DNA of 63,987 bases, filler included, from Nemertoderma westbladi (Eukaryota > Animalia > Xenacoelomorpha): assembly GCA_032718475.1 (NCBI GenBank). It is 3 parts of 3 records of this genome, joined end to end, with 100 filler letters (N's around TTAATTAATTAA, not from the genome) between each part and the next. Parts side by side here need not be neighbours in the genome. Positions count along the whole stretch, not along the records: positions 1 to 20,528 come from JAUCBJ010000167.1; positions 20,629 to 46,017 come from JAUCBJ010001390.1; 1 more part is not named here. One strand, 5' to 3'. Position 1 is the stretch's first letter; each line of letters begins with the position of its first letter. A program made the translations under genes and the position numbers. A model generated the notes under the pieces. It saw only the letters and a list, made by a program, of their open reading frames with translations. It was not told the origin of the DNA and searched no databases. This document shows positions 11,990 to 25,500 of the stretch, piece by piece.

Positions 11990-14705
11990 GGATCTAGGAC
12001 ACTTCCCCCCGGACAATATGCAATATATACGATACAATACGATACGAAAAATATACAATATGTTTTACTTTCTAAATGTCATGGCAACGCGACAGAATTG
12101 TTAATAAAGTGTCTTTAATTTAAAAAGTCTTTAATATCTGTTAGCCGTTTACACTGTTGCGTTTAGAGTAGTTCGCGTATTGCACAAAAAAGATATATTT
12201 TTGCCGCAAAAGCTTTTACAAATAGGACCACTACAGTAGTCATACTACTACTGCACCCCTACTACTGTAGTCATTAGTCATTTTTATTTAAAAAACTAAT
12301 ACTCTGAAATTTTAACACACAGTTGCTGAACATTTTGGTGATTATATGTTTTAAGAATATTCATTGAAAAATAATTAAGTAGTAGGGAATTTAGTGATGA
12401 AATATGTCAAAATTTCAATTAATCAAAAACAAAAATAAATTTCAATCACAAAAAAGTTAAATCACACTACTTATATTAAAGCACATATTTGATTCAATCA
12501 ATCTAGACTGTGATTTTGTTTAATTTTTAAAAGTCGAATCGAATCAAACATTTTCTTTCGATTTTCGATTCGATTTCGTCATTTTTCGATTCGATTTCTG
12601 GAAAGATAGCTTTCGATTCGATTTCGATCCAGTTAAATTCGTTCGATTCGATTTCGATTCGAACCCTGTCCCTGCTAAATACACAGTTGCAACATGTGCT
12701 GGATTTAATACTCCCTTGCCTAGTCACTTTGTGTCAGACTCCTTTACAATGGGAGCATTAGATAATTTTGATCACCCTGATAAATCATCCCTATCAGGGG
12801 GGACCCATGGTGATCACGATACAGTTCAGGTTCTATTACAAGTGCCACCGGTTTATGGCTGGTTGCCTTCTAAGCCGAACATATCTGTTGTTGACCTTAA
12901 TAACATAAATATACCTGGGAAGTTGCCTTGCCAGAAGATAACGCCATTTTTTTCCACTGTTGAAAAGTCAAGCATTCCTAATGACTTCAATGTGGAGCCT
13001 GATATACTTGAATTAGGGGAAGTTAAACAGGCATGTAGAGATTTTGAATTTGTTCTGAATCTGGTTAAATGTATCTGGTATGTTGTCGTTTTATCTGGCA
13101 GGGTTATGGGTAGTAATGTGAATGAAGAAGCAACTAAGATATAGGCCTACAACAATACTGAGACCAACATTGAACATTTGAGATCTGATCTAGAGGAAGC
13201 CGATATGAGACTAATACCACACATATAACATTCAATAAACAACGGCCAGCCCAATAAATACCTTTCACCAATTTCTGATTCACTAGTAAATACATGTGCC
13301 TGTCAGAAAGACTGCTTGACTCAGCGATGCTCTTGTAGGCGTAACGGTGTTATGTGCAATGAATACTGTCGGAATTGAGATTATTGTCACAATTTAATTC
13401 CATATAGTTAAGAATGTTATAATTGTGATTAATTTACATAGTGTAAACGGCTAACAGATATTTAAAGACACTTTATTAACAATTCTGTCGCGTTGCCATG
13501 GCATCTAGAAAGTAAAACATATTGCATATTTTTCCTTATACTCGATATAGTGGCGGTAGAGGTTGATTTTAAAACGCTGCGGCTAATATGTAGCATGTTT
13601 TTAGTCAAGGTTACTCGTTGCCACGGTAACTAGAAACTGAAAAAGAATGCATATTGTTCCTTATACTTGATATAATGGTGGTAGACTCTGATTCCATCAT
13701 GATACGACCACTGAATACGCATTACAAAGCCCGTTGCTATGAACATTGTCAATGTGGCTATCTTTGAAGGTCGTTTTCGCCTGGTTGCTATGGTATTTTC
13801 AAAAAACGAAATATGCCATTAAATTCTTCAAATCCAAAATATGAATCTGCTATAAATTTTAAATCGTCATATCTATTATAAGAGCTGTTGCTATGGCAAT
13901 TTTCTCCGTTGCTATGTTTAAGACCCCCTAAAAAACGAGCGCAACCATTTGGTGAAGTCTACCCAAATTTTTTTAAATGTCCCAAGTCTGCACTAAACAT
14001 CTATGTAGGGTAGCCGAGTCATATATAAAATTCCTACGGGGTCATAGGCTGGAGCCTGTATACTATATATAATTCAACAAAATCCTATTAAAAATATTGC
14101 AAGTAACCAGGAAATTTAATTAATTCATCAATATGTAATGCTGAACACAGAATACAGGTCGACGCATGTCGATTTTACCCTGGAGAGGTATAATTTTGAT
14201 TACAACAATAATATTCATCCCCAACTGCTACAATTTGAAGAAGACTATTACATAATAATACCTATAATTAAAACAATTAATTATTATAATTCTATAGTTT
14301 AATAAAAACAGTATATCATTCGGGGGATGGGATTTATAGGTCATCTAATTAATTGTTTAAAGATTAGCAAACAATACAATGTAATTGCATTGATAAAACC
14401 CATAAATAAAACTTGGATATAAAATGTAAAATCGGGATGCAAAAGATCACTTTCTGAGCTACGAAAGGAAAATTGGATATAACTTGTCTGGATACAAGCG
14501 GTCCGTTTACCTTACAAAATAAAAAATAAGAATCTGCGAAGTTAAGAACAGTCGGGGGGGGGGGGGGGGAGTGTCCGGGGGCGGGGGGGAGTGACCGGGG
14601 GGAAAGTGTCTGGGGGGGAAGTGTCCGGGGGGGAAGTGTCCTACTTGAGCGGGGGGGAACTGTCCGGGGAGAAGTGTCCGGGGGGGGGGGGGGTGTCCGT
14701 ACACC
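11990..14705. mobile_element. TIR element with C-rich/G-rich GGACA subterminal repeats, carrying a nested insertion
   Basis: Left end GGATCTAGGACACTTCCCCCCGGACA; right end has repeated GGGGGAAGTGTCC and ends GTGTCCGTACACC. Flanks AGTTCCGT/AGTTCAGT belong to the 33-bp satellite. Confidence 0.6.
12040..14065 (+). pseudogene. Internally deleted transposase-like relic with CXC-type Cys-rich C-terminus
   Basis: Fragments DNFDHPDKSSLSGG..HDTVQVLLQ (12716-13144), EEADMRLIPH (~13194-13223) and CACQKDCLTQRCSCRRNGVMCNEYC (~13296-13370). ~100-bp inverted repeats at ~12060-12157 and ~13438-13530. Confidence 0.6.
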
Positions 14706-17700
14706 AGTTCAGTGTGCCACTACACTAACAATGGCTACAGTTCCGTATGGCATTACGCTATCAATGGCTACAGTTCAGTATGCCACTATATTAGCAATGG
14801 CTACAGTTCAGTGTGCCACTACACTAACAATTACTACAGTTCCGTGTGCCACTACACTAGCAATATATACAGTTCCGTGTGCCACTACACTAGCAATAGA
14901 TACAGTTCAGTGTGCCACTACACTAATAATGGCTACAGTTCCGTATGGCATTACGCTATCAATGGCTACAGTTCAGAATGGCATTACGCTATCAATGGGT
15001 ACAGATCCGTGTGCCACTACACTAGCAATAGATACAGTTCAGTGTGCCACTACACTAACAATGGCTACAGTTCCGTGTGCCACTACACTAGCAATAGATA
15101 CAGTTCCGTATGGCATTACGCTATCAATGGGTACAGATCCGTGTGCCACTACACTAGCAATAGATACAGTTCTGTATGGCAATACACTACCAATTACTAC
15201 AGTTCCGTGTGCCACTACACTAACAATGGCTACAGTTCCGTGTGCCACTACACTAGCAATAGATACAGTTCCGTATGGCACTACACTATCAATGGGTACA
15301 GATCCGTGTGCCACTACACTAGCAATAGATACAGTTCCGTATGTCATTACGCTATCAATGGGTACAGATCCGTGTGCCACTACACTAGCAATAGATACAG
15401 TTCAGTGTGCCACTACACTAACAATGGCTACAGTTCCGTGTGCCACTACACTAGCAATAGATACAGTTCCGTATGGCATTACGCTATCAATGGGTACAGA
15501 TCCGTGTGCCACTACACTAGCAATAGATACAGTTCCGTATGGCAATACACTACCAATTACTACAGTTCCGTGTGCCACTACACTAACAATGGCTACAGTT
15601 CCGTGTGCCACTACACTAGCAATAGATACAGTTCCGTATGGCACTACACTATCAATGGGTACAGATACGTGTGCCACTACACTAGCAATAGATACAGTTC
15701 CGTATGGCATTACGCTATCAATGGGTACAGATCCGTGTGCCTCTACACTAGCAATAGATACAGTTCCGTATGGCATTACGCTATCAATCGGTACAGTTCA
15801 GTGTGCCACTACACTAACAATTACTACAATACCGTGTGCCACTACACTAGCAATAGAGATAAAGTTCAGTGTGCCACTACACTAACAATGGCTACAGTTC
15901 CGTGTGCCACTACACTAGCAATAGATACAGTTCCGTATGGCATTACAAAAGACAATGGCTACAGTTCAGTGTGCCACTACACTAACAACGGCTACAGTTC
16001 CGTGTGCCACTACACTAGCAATGGGTACAGTTCGTGTCCCACTACACTAGCAATAGATACAGTTCAGTGTGCCACTACACTAACAATGGCTACAGTTCCG
16101 TGTGCCACTACACTAGCAATAGATACAGTTCAGTGTGCCACTACACTAACAATGGCTACAGTTCCGTGTGCCACTACACTAGCAATAGATACAGTTCCGT
16201 ATGGCACTACACTAACAATTACTACAGTTCCGTGTGCCACTACACTAACAATGGCTACAGTTCCGTGTGCCACTACACTAGCAATAGATACAGTTCCGTA
16301 TGGCACTACACTATCAATGGGTACAGATCCGTGTGCCACTACACTAGCAATAGATACAGTTCCGTATGGCACTACACTAACAATGGCTACAGTTCAGTGT
16401 GTCACTACACTAACAATGACTACAGTTCCGTGTGCCACTACACTAGCAATAGATACAGTTCCGTATGGCATTACAAAAGACAATGGCTACAGTTCAGTGT
16501 GCCACTACACTAACAATGGCTACAGTTCCGTGTGCCACTACACTAGCAATAGATACAGTTCCGTATGGCATTACACTAACAATGGCTACAGTTCATTGTG
16601 TCACTACACTAGCAATGGGTACAATTCGTGTCCCACTACACTAGCAATAGATACAGTTCAGTGTGCCACTACACTAACAATGGCTACAGTTCCGTGTGCC
16701 ACTACACTAGCAATAGATACACTTCAGTGTGCCACTACACTAGCAATGGGTAGAGTTCCGTGTGCCACTACAATAGCAATAGATACAGTTCAGTGTGCCA
16801 CTACACTAGCAATAGATACATTTCCGTATGGCATTACAAAAGACAATGGCTACAGTTCAGTGTGCTACTACACTAACAATGGCTACAATTCCGTGTGCCA
16901 CTACACTAGCAATAGATACAGTTCCGTATGGCACTACACTATCAATGGGTACAGATCCGTGTGCCACTACACTAGCAATAGAAACAGTTCAGTGTGCTAC
17001 TACACTAACAATGGCTACAGTTCCGTGTGCCACTACACTAACAATGGCTACAGTTCCGTGTGCCACTACACTAGCAATAGATACAGTTCAGTGTGCTACT
17101 ACACTAACAATGGCTACAGTTCCGTGTGCCACTACACTAACAATGGCTACAGTTCCGTGTGCCACTACACTAGCAATAGATACAGTTCCGTATAGAATTA
17201 CAAAAGATAATGGCTACAGTTCAGTGTGCCACTACACTAACAATGGCTACAGTTCCGTGTGCCACTACACTAGCAATGGGTACAGTTCCGTATGGCATTA
17301 CAAAAGACAATGGCTACAGTTCAGTGTGCTACTACACTAACAATGGCTACAGTTCCGTGTGCCACTACACTAACAATGGCTACAGTTCCGTGTGCCACTA
17401 CACTAACAATGGCTACAGTTCCGTGTGTCACTACACTAGCAATAGATACAGTTCAGTGTGCTACTACACTAACAATGGCTACAGTTCCGTGTGCCACTAC
17501 ACTAGCAATAGATACAGTTCCGTATGGAATTACAAAAGACAATGGCTACAGTTCAGTGTGCTACTACACTAACAATGGGTACAGTTCCGTGTGCCACTAC
17601 ACTAGCAATAGATACAGTTCCGGATGGCATTACACTAACAATGGCTACAGTTCAGTGTGCCACTACACTAACAATGGCTACAGTTCCGTGTGTCACTACA

Positions 17701-18405
17701 CTAGCAATAGATACAGTTCCGTATGGCATTACACTAACAATGGCTACAGTTCAATGTGTCACTACACTAGCAATGGGTACAGTTCGTGTCCCACTACACT
17801 AGCAATAGATACAGTTCAGTGTGCCACTACACTAACAATGGCTACAGTTCCGTGTGCCACTACACTAGCAATAGATACAGTTCAGTGTGCCACTACACTA
17901 GCAATGGGTACAGATCCGTGTACCACTACACTAGCAATAGAAACAGTTCCGGATGGCATTACACTAACAATGGCTACAGTTCCGTGTGCCACCACACTAA
18001 CAATGGCTACAGTTCAGTGTGCCACTACACTAACAATGGCTACAGTTAAGTGTGCCACTACACTAACAATGGCTACAGTTCCGTGTGCCACTACACTAGC
18101 AATATACAGTTCCGTATGGCATTACACTAACAATGGCTACAGTTCAGTGTGCCACTTCACTAGCAATAGATACAGTTCAGTGTGCCACTACACTAGCAAT
18201 AGATACAGTTCCGTATGGCATTACAAAAGACAATGGCTACAGTTCAATGTGTCACTACACTAGCAATGGGTACAGTTCGTGTCCCACTACACTAGCAATA
18301 GATACAGTTCCGTATGCCACTACACTAGAAATGGCTACAGTTCCGTGTGCCACTACACTAACAATTACTACAATACCGTGTGCCACTACACTAGCGGTGG
18401 CTACA
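14706..18405. repeat. 33-bp tandem satellite, about 110 copies; relic units also at ~10995-11055
   Basis: Unit CAGTTC(C/A)GTGTGCCACTACACTA(A/G)CAAT(GGC/AGA)TA, matching the 11-aa periodicity in the ORF track. Confidence 0.97.
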
Positions 18406-18596
18406 GCGCCTTTCAAGTTTGTTAATGCCTTTATTTATTCTAGAATATGTTGTTGCTATAGCAACTTGTAGAATAATTTTAATATGAATAAATAGTTTAC
18501 AGTTAGTGTTTTTTTAAAGAAGTTGCCATAAAATATAACACCTTCTTATTTAATAAAACATTATAAATAAAAATAATTATAGACCCATAAACTTAC

Positions 18597-19369
18597 ATTT
18601 GACCACTTAGAAGAGCAACTGTAAACCGATTGCTAGTTACAACGACGTCATTAGGGGTTACCGTAGCAACAACCAAATGCGGAAGTCTATCGACCACACA
18701 CACCGTGGTGCTGGTCAATCGAACGAGACTCTTAACGCCGAACACCGTCGCCTGGTAACCCGTGACAACCAACTCCCCGACGCGATGTGGTCGCACCTTC
18801 AGTCGCAGTTGCGCTCGCGTCGATATTGGCGCGATCACTACTGATTGGCTGGGACAATCGGCGTCTAAGTCGTTGCAAAGCAACGATATGTTACTAACGT
18901 GGAGCTCTTGGTTAAGAGGATTGTAGAAATCCACTATGACGTCACACCAACATCCGCGGACACAAGTCACTCGAGTTCGTTTATCTTTCGGTTTAACCAG
19001 CTGCATCGGAGAGTAAATAAACACCGGCGTCGATTCGAATTTCCCGCCAGTTTTGGAGGTTCGCGGCAGGAGCGAGGGCTCTAGTTCTAGAAGGCGAAAG
19101 ACTCTGGCCTCGGGGATATTGGATAGTGGTACCGGGGGCAGGATTAGTCCGGTATCTATGGCGACGGCACTAGATTTGGCTACGTGTTCCTTCGCGAGGA
19201 TGGCCAGCAGGTGCGTGTATTCGCGTTGCGCAGCAACGCCGAGTCGCGGTAGTTGAGTGTAGAGGAGTAACGCTAGATGGCGCATCGCTACATCGGGACG
19301 TTCTATTTTACGCGCCGCGTGAATTAATTCGAAGAGAACTTTAAGTTGCAGAGAGGGCCATCCGTCAAT
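18597..19369 (-). CDS. TRAPPC9: Internal exon of trafficking protein particle complex subunit 9
   Basis: IDGWPSLQLKVLFELIHAARKI...RHLALLL...LILPPVP...FIYSP...FYNPLNQELHVSNISLL matches recalled TRAPPC9/NIBP motifs. CAG acceptor at 19372-19370, GTAAG donor at 18596-18592. Confidence 0.85.
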
Positions 19370-19529
19370 CTGGTGGGAACGAGGGAGAGAGAAGGATTAG
19401 TAGTCAACAGGAATGTATAGTACGACACACCAATCACCCTCAAATAATCATTCAATTAACATTACTCGTTATTTAATTGATCGAACACTGGACGTAACTC
19501 GCCCCGCACTGATTAAAAACTTGACTACA

Positions 19530-19955
19530 AACAGCTGCCAACCCCACCACTCAGCTGCCAACCCCACCACCCAGCTGCCAACCCCACCACCCAGCTGCCA
19601 ACCCCACCACCCAGCTGCCAACCCCACCACCAGCTGCCAACCCCACCACCCAGCTGCCACCCCACCACCCAGCTGCCAACCCCACCACCCAGCTGCCAAC
19701 ACAACCACCCAGCTGCCAACCCCACCACCCAGCTGCCAACCCCACCACCCAGCTGCCAACCCCCACCACCCAGCTGCAACCCCACCACCCAGCTGCCAAC
19801 CCCACCACCCAGCTGCCAACACAACCACCCAGCTGCCAACCCCACCACCCAGCTACCAACCCCACCACCCAGCTGCCAACCCCACCACCCAGCTGCCAAC
19901 CCCCACCACCCAGCTGCCAACCCCACCACCCAGCTGCCAACCCCACCAGCCACCC
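19530..19955. repeat. 21-bp C-rich intronic minisatellite
   Basis: CCAGCTGCCAACCCCACCACC repeated about 20 times inside the TRAPPC9 intron (19370-19975). Confidence 0.93.
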
Positions 19956-19975
19956 TACCTCCCTGCTAAACTCAC

Positions 19976-20127
19976 CTGACTACATTCTTTCGGATCGAAC
20001 TTTATTCTATAACCGGATGTAGTTTCTATCGACATATTGTAAAAGGAATTCCAGGAAGGTCGGGCGCATTTCTGAATGCACTGAATCGCCGCAATTCGTT
20101 TAAAAAATGCCGCTTTTCGGTGAAAAC
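19976..20127 (-). CDS. TRAPPC9: Upstream internal exon of TRAPPC9
   Basis: (G)FHRKAAFFKRIAAIQC...GYRIKFDPKECSQ resembles TRAPPC9 GFHRKSAFFKR. CAG and GTGAG boundaries; phase 0 joins the next exon in frame. Absent from the ORF track. Confidence 0.85.
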
Positions 20128-20159
20128 CTGTCAATCAATAAAGAAGTGAAAATATAGGG

Positions 20160-20528
20160 AGGGTGGAAATCGGCTTCAAGGGGGAGGGGGCAATCAGTCT
20201 CAATAGGAGGAGAGGGGAGGGGGCAATTGGTCTCAAAGGGGGGGCGCAATCGGTCTAAAGAGGGAGGGGGCAATCGGGTCCAAGGGGGGAGGGGGGAGAA
20301 CGTCCCAAGGGGGTAGGGGCTATCGGGCTATCGGGGGGGGGGGGGGAAATCGGTGTCAAGGGGGAGGGGCAATCGGTCCCAAGGGGGGGGGGGGCAATCG
20401 GTCTAAAGAGGGGTGGGGAACTCGTCCCACGGGGGGGGGGGAAATCGGTCCCAATGGGGGAGGGGCAATCGGTCCCAAGGGGGGGGGGGGGCAATCGGTC
20501 CCAAGTGGGGAGGGGCAATCAGTCTCAA
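20160..20528. repeat. G-rich degenerate minisatellite running into the gap
   Basis: Repeated GGGGGAGGGGCAATCGGTCCCAA units. Confidence 0.85.
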
Positions 20529-20628
20529 NNNNNNNNNNNNNNNNNNNNNNNNNNNNNNNNNNNNNNNNNNNNTTAATTAATTAANNNNNNNNNNNNNNNN
20601 NNNNNNNNNNNNNNNNNNNNNNNNNNNN
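20529..20628. other. Artificial contig linker (N-run with TTAATTAATTAA)
   Basis: 100-nt N block with a central palindrome that places stops in all six frames; identical to the block at 46018-46117. Confidence 0.95.
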
Positions 20629-20738
20629 CGAAGTTGAACCCAGGTTTACTTACTGTGTTCCAGCTCTTGCCTACTATTGTGTGTAGAGAGATGTTTGAAG
20701 GTAGATTTCTCTAATAGTTGTTTCTTTGCGATATTCGG

Positions 20739-22596
20739 GGATAGTACTCTACACGAATCTGGACCGAACTGGATCGAAAGAGAGGCGAACTGGACCGAAC
20801 TGTACCGCCAAATGAAAGATAATGCAAAAACAACCACCCATGCAGACAAGTGAAAATAAAATATTGAAATAAATATTGTTATTTCATCCATTGTAAATAA
20901 AATAGCGTATAAGATGCCGCTAAATTAAGATTACTTCTTCTAACATTGATGTTGCACTGCTTTCACCAGTACCGGTACCAGTCCCACACCTGCATGTCTG
21001 TAGATTGCAGTATTTTGTGCACCGGCTGACCGGTAGTTCAAAAGTTGTGTTCAATGACATGTAGAGAGACCTACCACATAATACTGCAATATACTCATAT
21101 ACATACGTAACATTATTATCTTTACCATCTTTATTTTTCTAAAATTAAGCTCACTTAGCAGCTTAGTACTGTAGTGTTCGCATCACAGGACCATCGTCGT
21201 TTGGTTGACTGGGGTCATTCATAAATATGATATATGAATGGGTGCTGGTTCCAGCGTACTTCCATCGCCATTCACGACAACTCACATTCCCAAACGCAAC
21301 ATGTTCTAAATTCGTTGTCGGATATTCGCCAACCGTATTTCCCGATAGGCCTAGTTGCTCCGGACTACCGCCACTTGGACTTGAGTTGCAAATAAAGTTT
21401 ATTAATTCCTTGGTACTTCGGCTACCGGTACCGTCTATCATTGCTGCATTGTTCAATTATCCGTTACATTGCATCAAACATAATTTGGCCCTTAACCAAA
21501 CAAGCAGAAATTCAAATAAGTAGGCATACCGGCAACCGGTACTGAATTACTCCAACCAGTATATACGTCTAGGCTGCTAGGTGCAGAGATACTACTGTAC
21601 TACAGTACTAAGCTGCTAAGTGAGCTTAACTAGATTGCACGTGCCAGGTTAGGCAGTTAGGGTGGCCCAAAAAAGTTCGTGTGATTATTTCTTGAGATAT
21701 TATACCTAGATATCTCGATATCGATAGGCCTAGATAGATATCTCGAGATATATATTCTCCAAAAGTTGAATTTTAAATCCTACGCCCAGACTACAAAACA
21801 TGAATTATAATAAAAAGTTTAATTTTAAAAAATAAAGATGGTAAAGATAATAATGTTACGTATGTATATCAGTATATTGCAGTATTATGTGGTAGGTCTC
21901 TCTACATGTCATTGAACAGAACTTTTGAACTACCGGTCAGCCGGTGCACAAAATACTGCAATCTACAGACATGCAGATGTGGGACTGGTACCGGTACTGG
22001 TGAAAGCAGTGCAACATCAATGTTAGAAGAAGTAATCTTAATTTAGCGGCATCTTATACGCTATTTTATTTACAATGGATGAAATAACAATATTTATTTC
22101 CATATTTATTTTCACTTAGATAGATTTATTTATACATTATGTAAAAACAATAACAAATACACCAAACAATGTACCGGTATAAAGGTATTGTCCAACATAA
22201 CATATAGGATTACCCCTAAAGCTTTGCAGCTTATTTCCAAGGGGGTCCTTTATGTTACTTGGTTACAAATACAATATTACACTACGTTAACCTAAAACCA
22301 ATATAAAACGTAATTACACTATGTACTGTACATGTACAACTTTACCGAGAGCGTGACAATGCCCGACTCAACGATAAAGATGTAATGTACAGAACAATTT
22401 ATTATAAAACGTAATTACAGTATAAATAGTAAATAATTAATAAACTAATAACTTACTGTAGGACTATTGTAGGACTTGTCTGCATGGGTGGTTGTTTTTG
22501 CATTATCTTTCACTTGGCGGTCCAGTTCGGTCCAGTTCGCCTCTCTTTCGATCCAGTTCGGTTCAGTTCGGTCCAGATTCGTGTAGAGTACTATCC
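20739..22596. mobile_element. Non-autonomous Mutator-like element with ~400-bp TIRs, inserted in satellite
   Basis: Ends GGATAGTACTCTACACGAATC / GATTCGTGTAGAGTACTATCC; 9-bp TSD GATATTCGG (20730-20738, 22597-22605). The right TIR is interrupted by an insert at ~22118-22474. Confidence 0.88.
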
Positions 22597-25500
22597 GATA
22601 TTCGGAGTTGAACCAAGGTTCACTGTGTTTCAGCTCTTGTCTACTATTGTGTGTAGAGAGATGTTTGAAGGTAGATTTATCTAATAGTTGTTTCTTTGCG
22701 ACATTCGGAGTTGAACCAAAGTTTACTGTGTTCCAGCTCTTGTCTACTATTGTGTGTTGTAGAGAGATGTTTGATAGTAGATTTATCTAATAGTTGTTTC
22801 TTTGCGACATTCGGAGTTGAACCAAGGTTTAATGTGTTCCAACTCTTATCTCTTATTGTGTGTAGAGAGATGTTTGCTAGTAGATTTCTCTAATAGTTGT
22901 TTCTTTGCGACATTCGGAGTTGAACCAAAGTTTACTGTGTTTCAGCTCTTGTCTACTATTGTGTGTAGAGAGATGTTTGAAGGTAGATTTATCTAATAGT
23001 TGTTTCTTTGCGACATTCGGAGTTGAACCAAAGTTTACTGTGTTCCAGCTCTTGTCTACTATTGTGTGTTGTAGAGAGATGTTTGATAGTAGATTTATCT
23101 AAGTTGTTTCTTTGCGACATTCGGAGTTGAACCAAGGTTTAATGTGTTCCAACTCTTATCTCTTATTGTGTGTAGAGAGATGTTTGCTAGTAGATTTCTC
23201 TAATAGTTGTTTCTTTGCGACATTCGGAGTTGAACCAAAGTTTACTGTGTTCCAGCTCTTTTCTACTATTGTGTGTTATAGAGAGATGTTTGATAGTATA
23301 TTTCTTTAATAGTTGTTTCTTTACGACATTCGGAGTTGAACCAAGGTTTAATGTGTTCCAACTCTTATCTACTATTGTGTTTAGAGAGATGTTTGCTAGT
23401 AGATTTCTCTAATAGTTGTTTCTTTGCGACATTCGGAGTTGAACCAAAGTTTACTGTGTTCCAGCTCTTATCTACTATTGTGTGTTGTAGAGAGATGTTT
23501 GATAGTATATTTCTTTAAAGTTGTTTCTTTGCGACATTCGGAGTTGAACCAAGGTTTAATGTGTTCCAGCTCTTGTCTACTATTGTGTGTAGAGAGATGT
23601 TTGCTAGTAGATTTCTCTAATATACTTGTTTCTTTGCGACATTCGGTGTTTGTTGAACCAAGGTTTACTGTGTTCCAGCTCTTGTCTACTATTGTGTGTA
23701 GGGAGATGTTTGCAAGTAGATTTCTCTAATAGTTGTTTCTTCGCGACATTCGGAGTTGAACCAAAGTTTACTGTGTTCCAGCTCTTGTCTACTATTGTGT
23801 GTAGAGAGATGTTTGAAGGTAGATTTATCTAATAGTTGTTTCTTTGCGACATTCGGAGTTGAACCAAAGTTTACTGTGTTCCAGCTCTTGTCTACTATTG
23901 TGTGTTGTAGAGAGATGTTTGATAGTAGATTTATCTAAGTTGTTTCTTTGCGACATTCGGAGTTGAACCAAGGTTTAATGTGTTCCAACTCTTATCTCTT
24001 ATTGTGTGTAGAGAGATGTTTGCTAGTAGATTTCTCTAATAGTTGTTTCTTTGCGACATTCGGAGTTGAACCAAAGTTTACTGTGTTCCAGCTCTTTTCT
24101 ACTATTGTGTGTTATAGAGAGATGTTTGATAGTATATTTCTTTAATAGTTGTTTCTTTACGACATTCGGAGTTGAACCAAGGTTTAATGTGTTCCAACTC
24201 TTATCTACTATTGTGTTTAGAGAGATGTTTGCTAGTAGATTTCTCTAATAGTTGTTTCTTTGCGACATTCGGAGTTGAACCAAAGTTTACTGTGTTCCAG
24301 CTCTTATCTACTATTGTGTGTTGTAGAGAGATGTTTGATAGTATATTTCTTTAAAGTTGTTTCTTTGCGACATTCGGAGTTGAACCAAGGTTTAATGTGT
24401 TCCAGCTCTTGTCTACTATTGTGTGTAGAGAGATGTTTGCTAGTAGATTTCTCTAATATACTTGTTTCTTTGCGACATTCGGTGTTTGTTGAACCAAGGT
24501 TTACTGTGTTCCAGCTCTTGTCTACTATTGTGTGTAGGGAGATGTTTGCAAGTAGATTTCTCTAATAGTTGTTTCTTCGCGACATTCGGAGTTGAACCAA
24601 AGTTTACTGTATTCCAGCCCTTGCCTACTATTGTGTGTAGAGAGATGTTTGCTAGTAGATTTCTCTAATAGTTGTTTCTTTGCGACATTCGGAGTTGAAC
24701 CAAGGTTTACTGTGTTCCAGCTCTTGTCTACTATTGTGTGTTGTAGAGAGATGTTTGCTAGTAGATTTCTCTAATATACTTGTTTCTTTGCGACATTCGG
24801 TGTTGAACCAAGGTTTACTGTGTTCCAGCTCTTGTCTACTATTGTGTGTAGGGAGATGTTTGCAAGTAGATTTCTCTAATAGTTGTTTCTTCGCGACATT
24901 CGGAGTTGAACCAAAGTTTACTGTATTCCAGCCCTTGCCTACTATTGTGTGTAGAGAGATGTTTGCTAGTAGATTTCTCCAATAGTTGTTTCTTTGCGAC
25001 ATTCGGAGTTGAACAAAGGTTTACTGTGTTCCAGTTCTTGTCTACTATTGTGTGTTTTAGAGAGATGTTTGCTAGTAGATTTCTTTAATAGTTGTTTCTT
25101 TGCGACATTCGGAGTTGAACCAATGTTTACTGTTTTCCAGCTCTTGTCTACTATTGTGTGTAGAGAGATGTTTGCTAGTAGATTTCTCTAATAATTGTTT
25201 CTTTGCGACATTCGGAGTTGAACCAAAGTTTACTGTATTCCAGCCCTTGCCTACTATTGTGTGTAGAGAGATGTTTGCTAGTAGATTTCTCCAATAGTTG
25301 TTTCTTTGCGACATTCGGAGTTGAACAAAGGTTTACTGTGTTCCAGTTCTTGTCTACTATTGTGTGTTTTAGAGAGATGTTTGCTAGTAGATTTCTTTAA
25401 TAGTTGTTTCTTTGCGACATTCGGAGTTGAACCAATGTTTACTGTTTTCCAGCTCTTGTCTACTATTGTGTGTAGAGAGATGTTTGCTAGTAGATTTCTC

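Noticed and set aside
14674-18471. Long repetitive ORFs (827 aa CHYTNNGYSSV; 403 aa CATTLTMATVP)
   Set aside because: These are translations of the 33-bp satellite. The frames swap at indels and there are no unique flanking domains.
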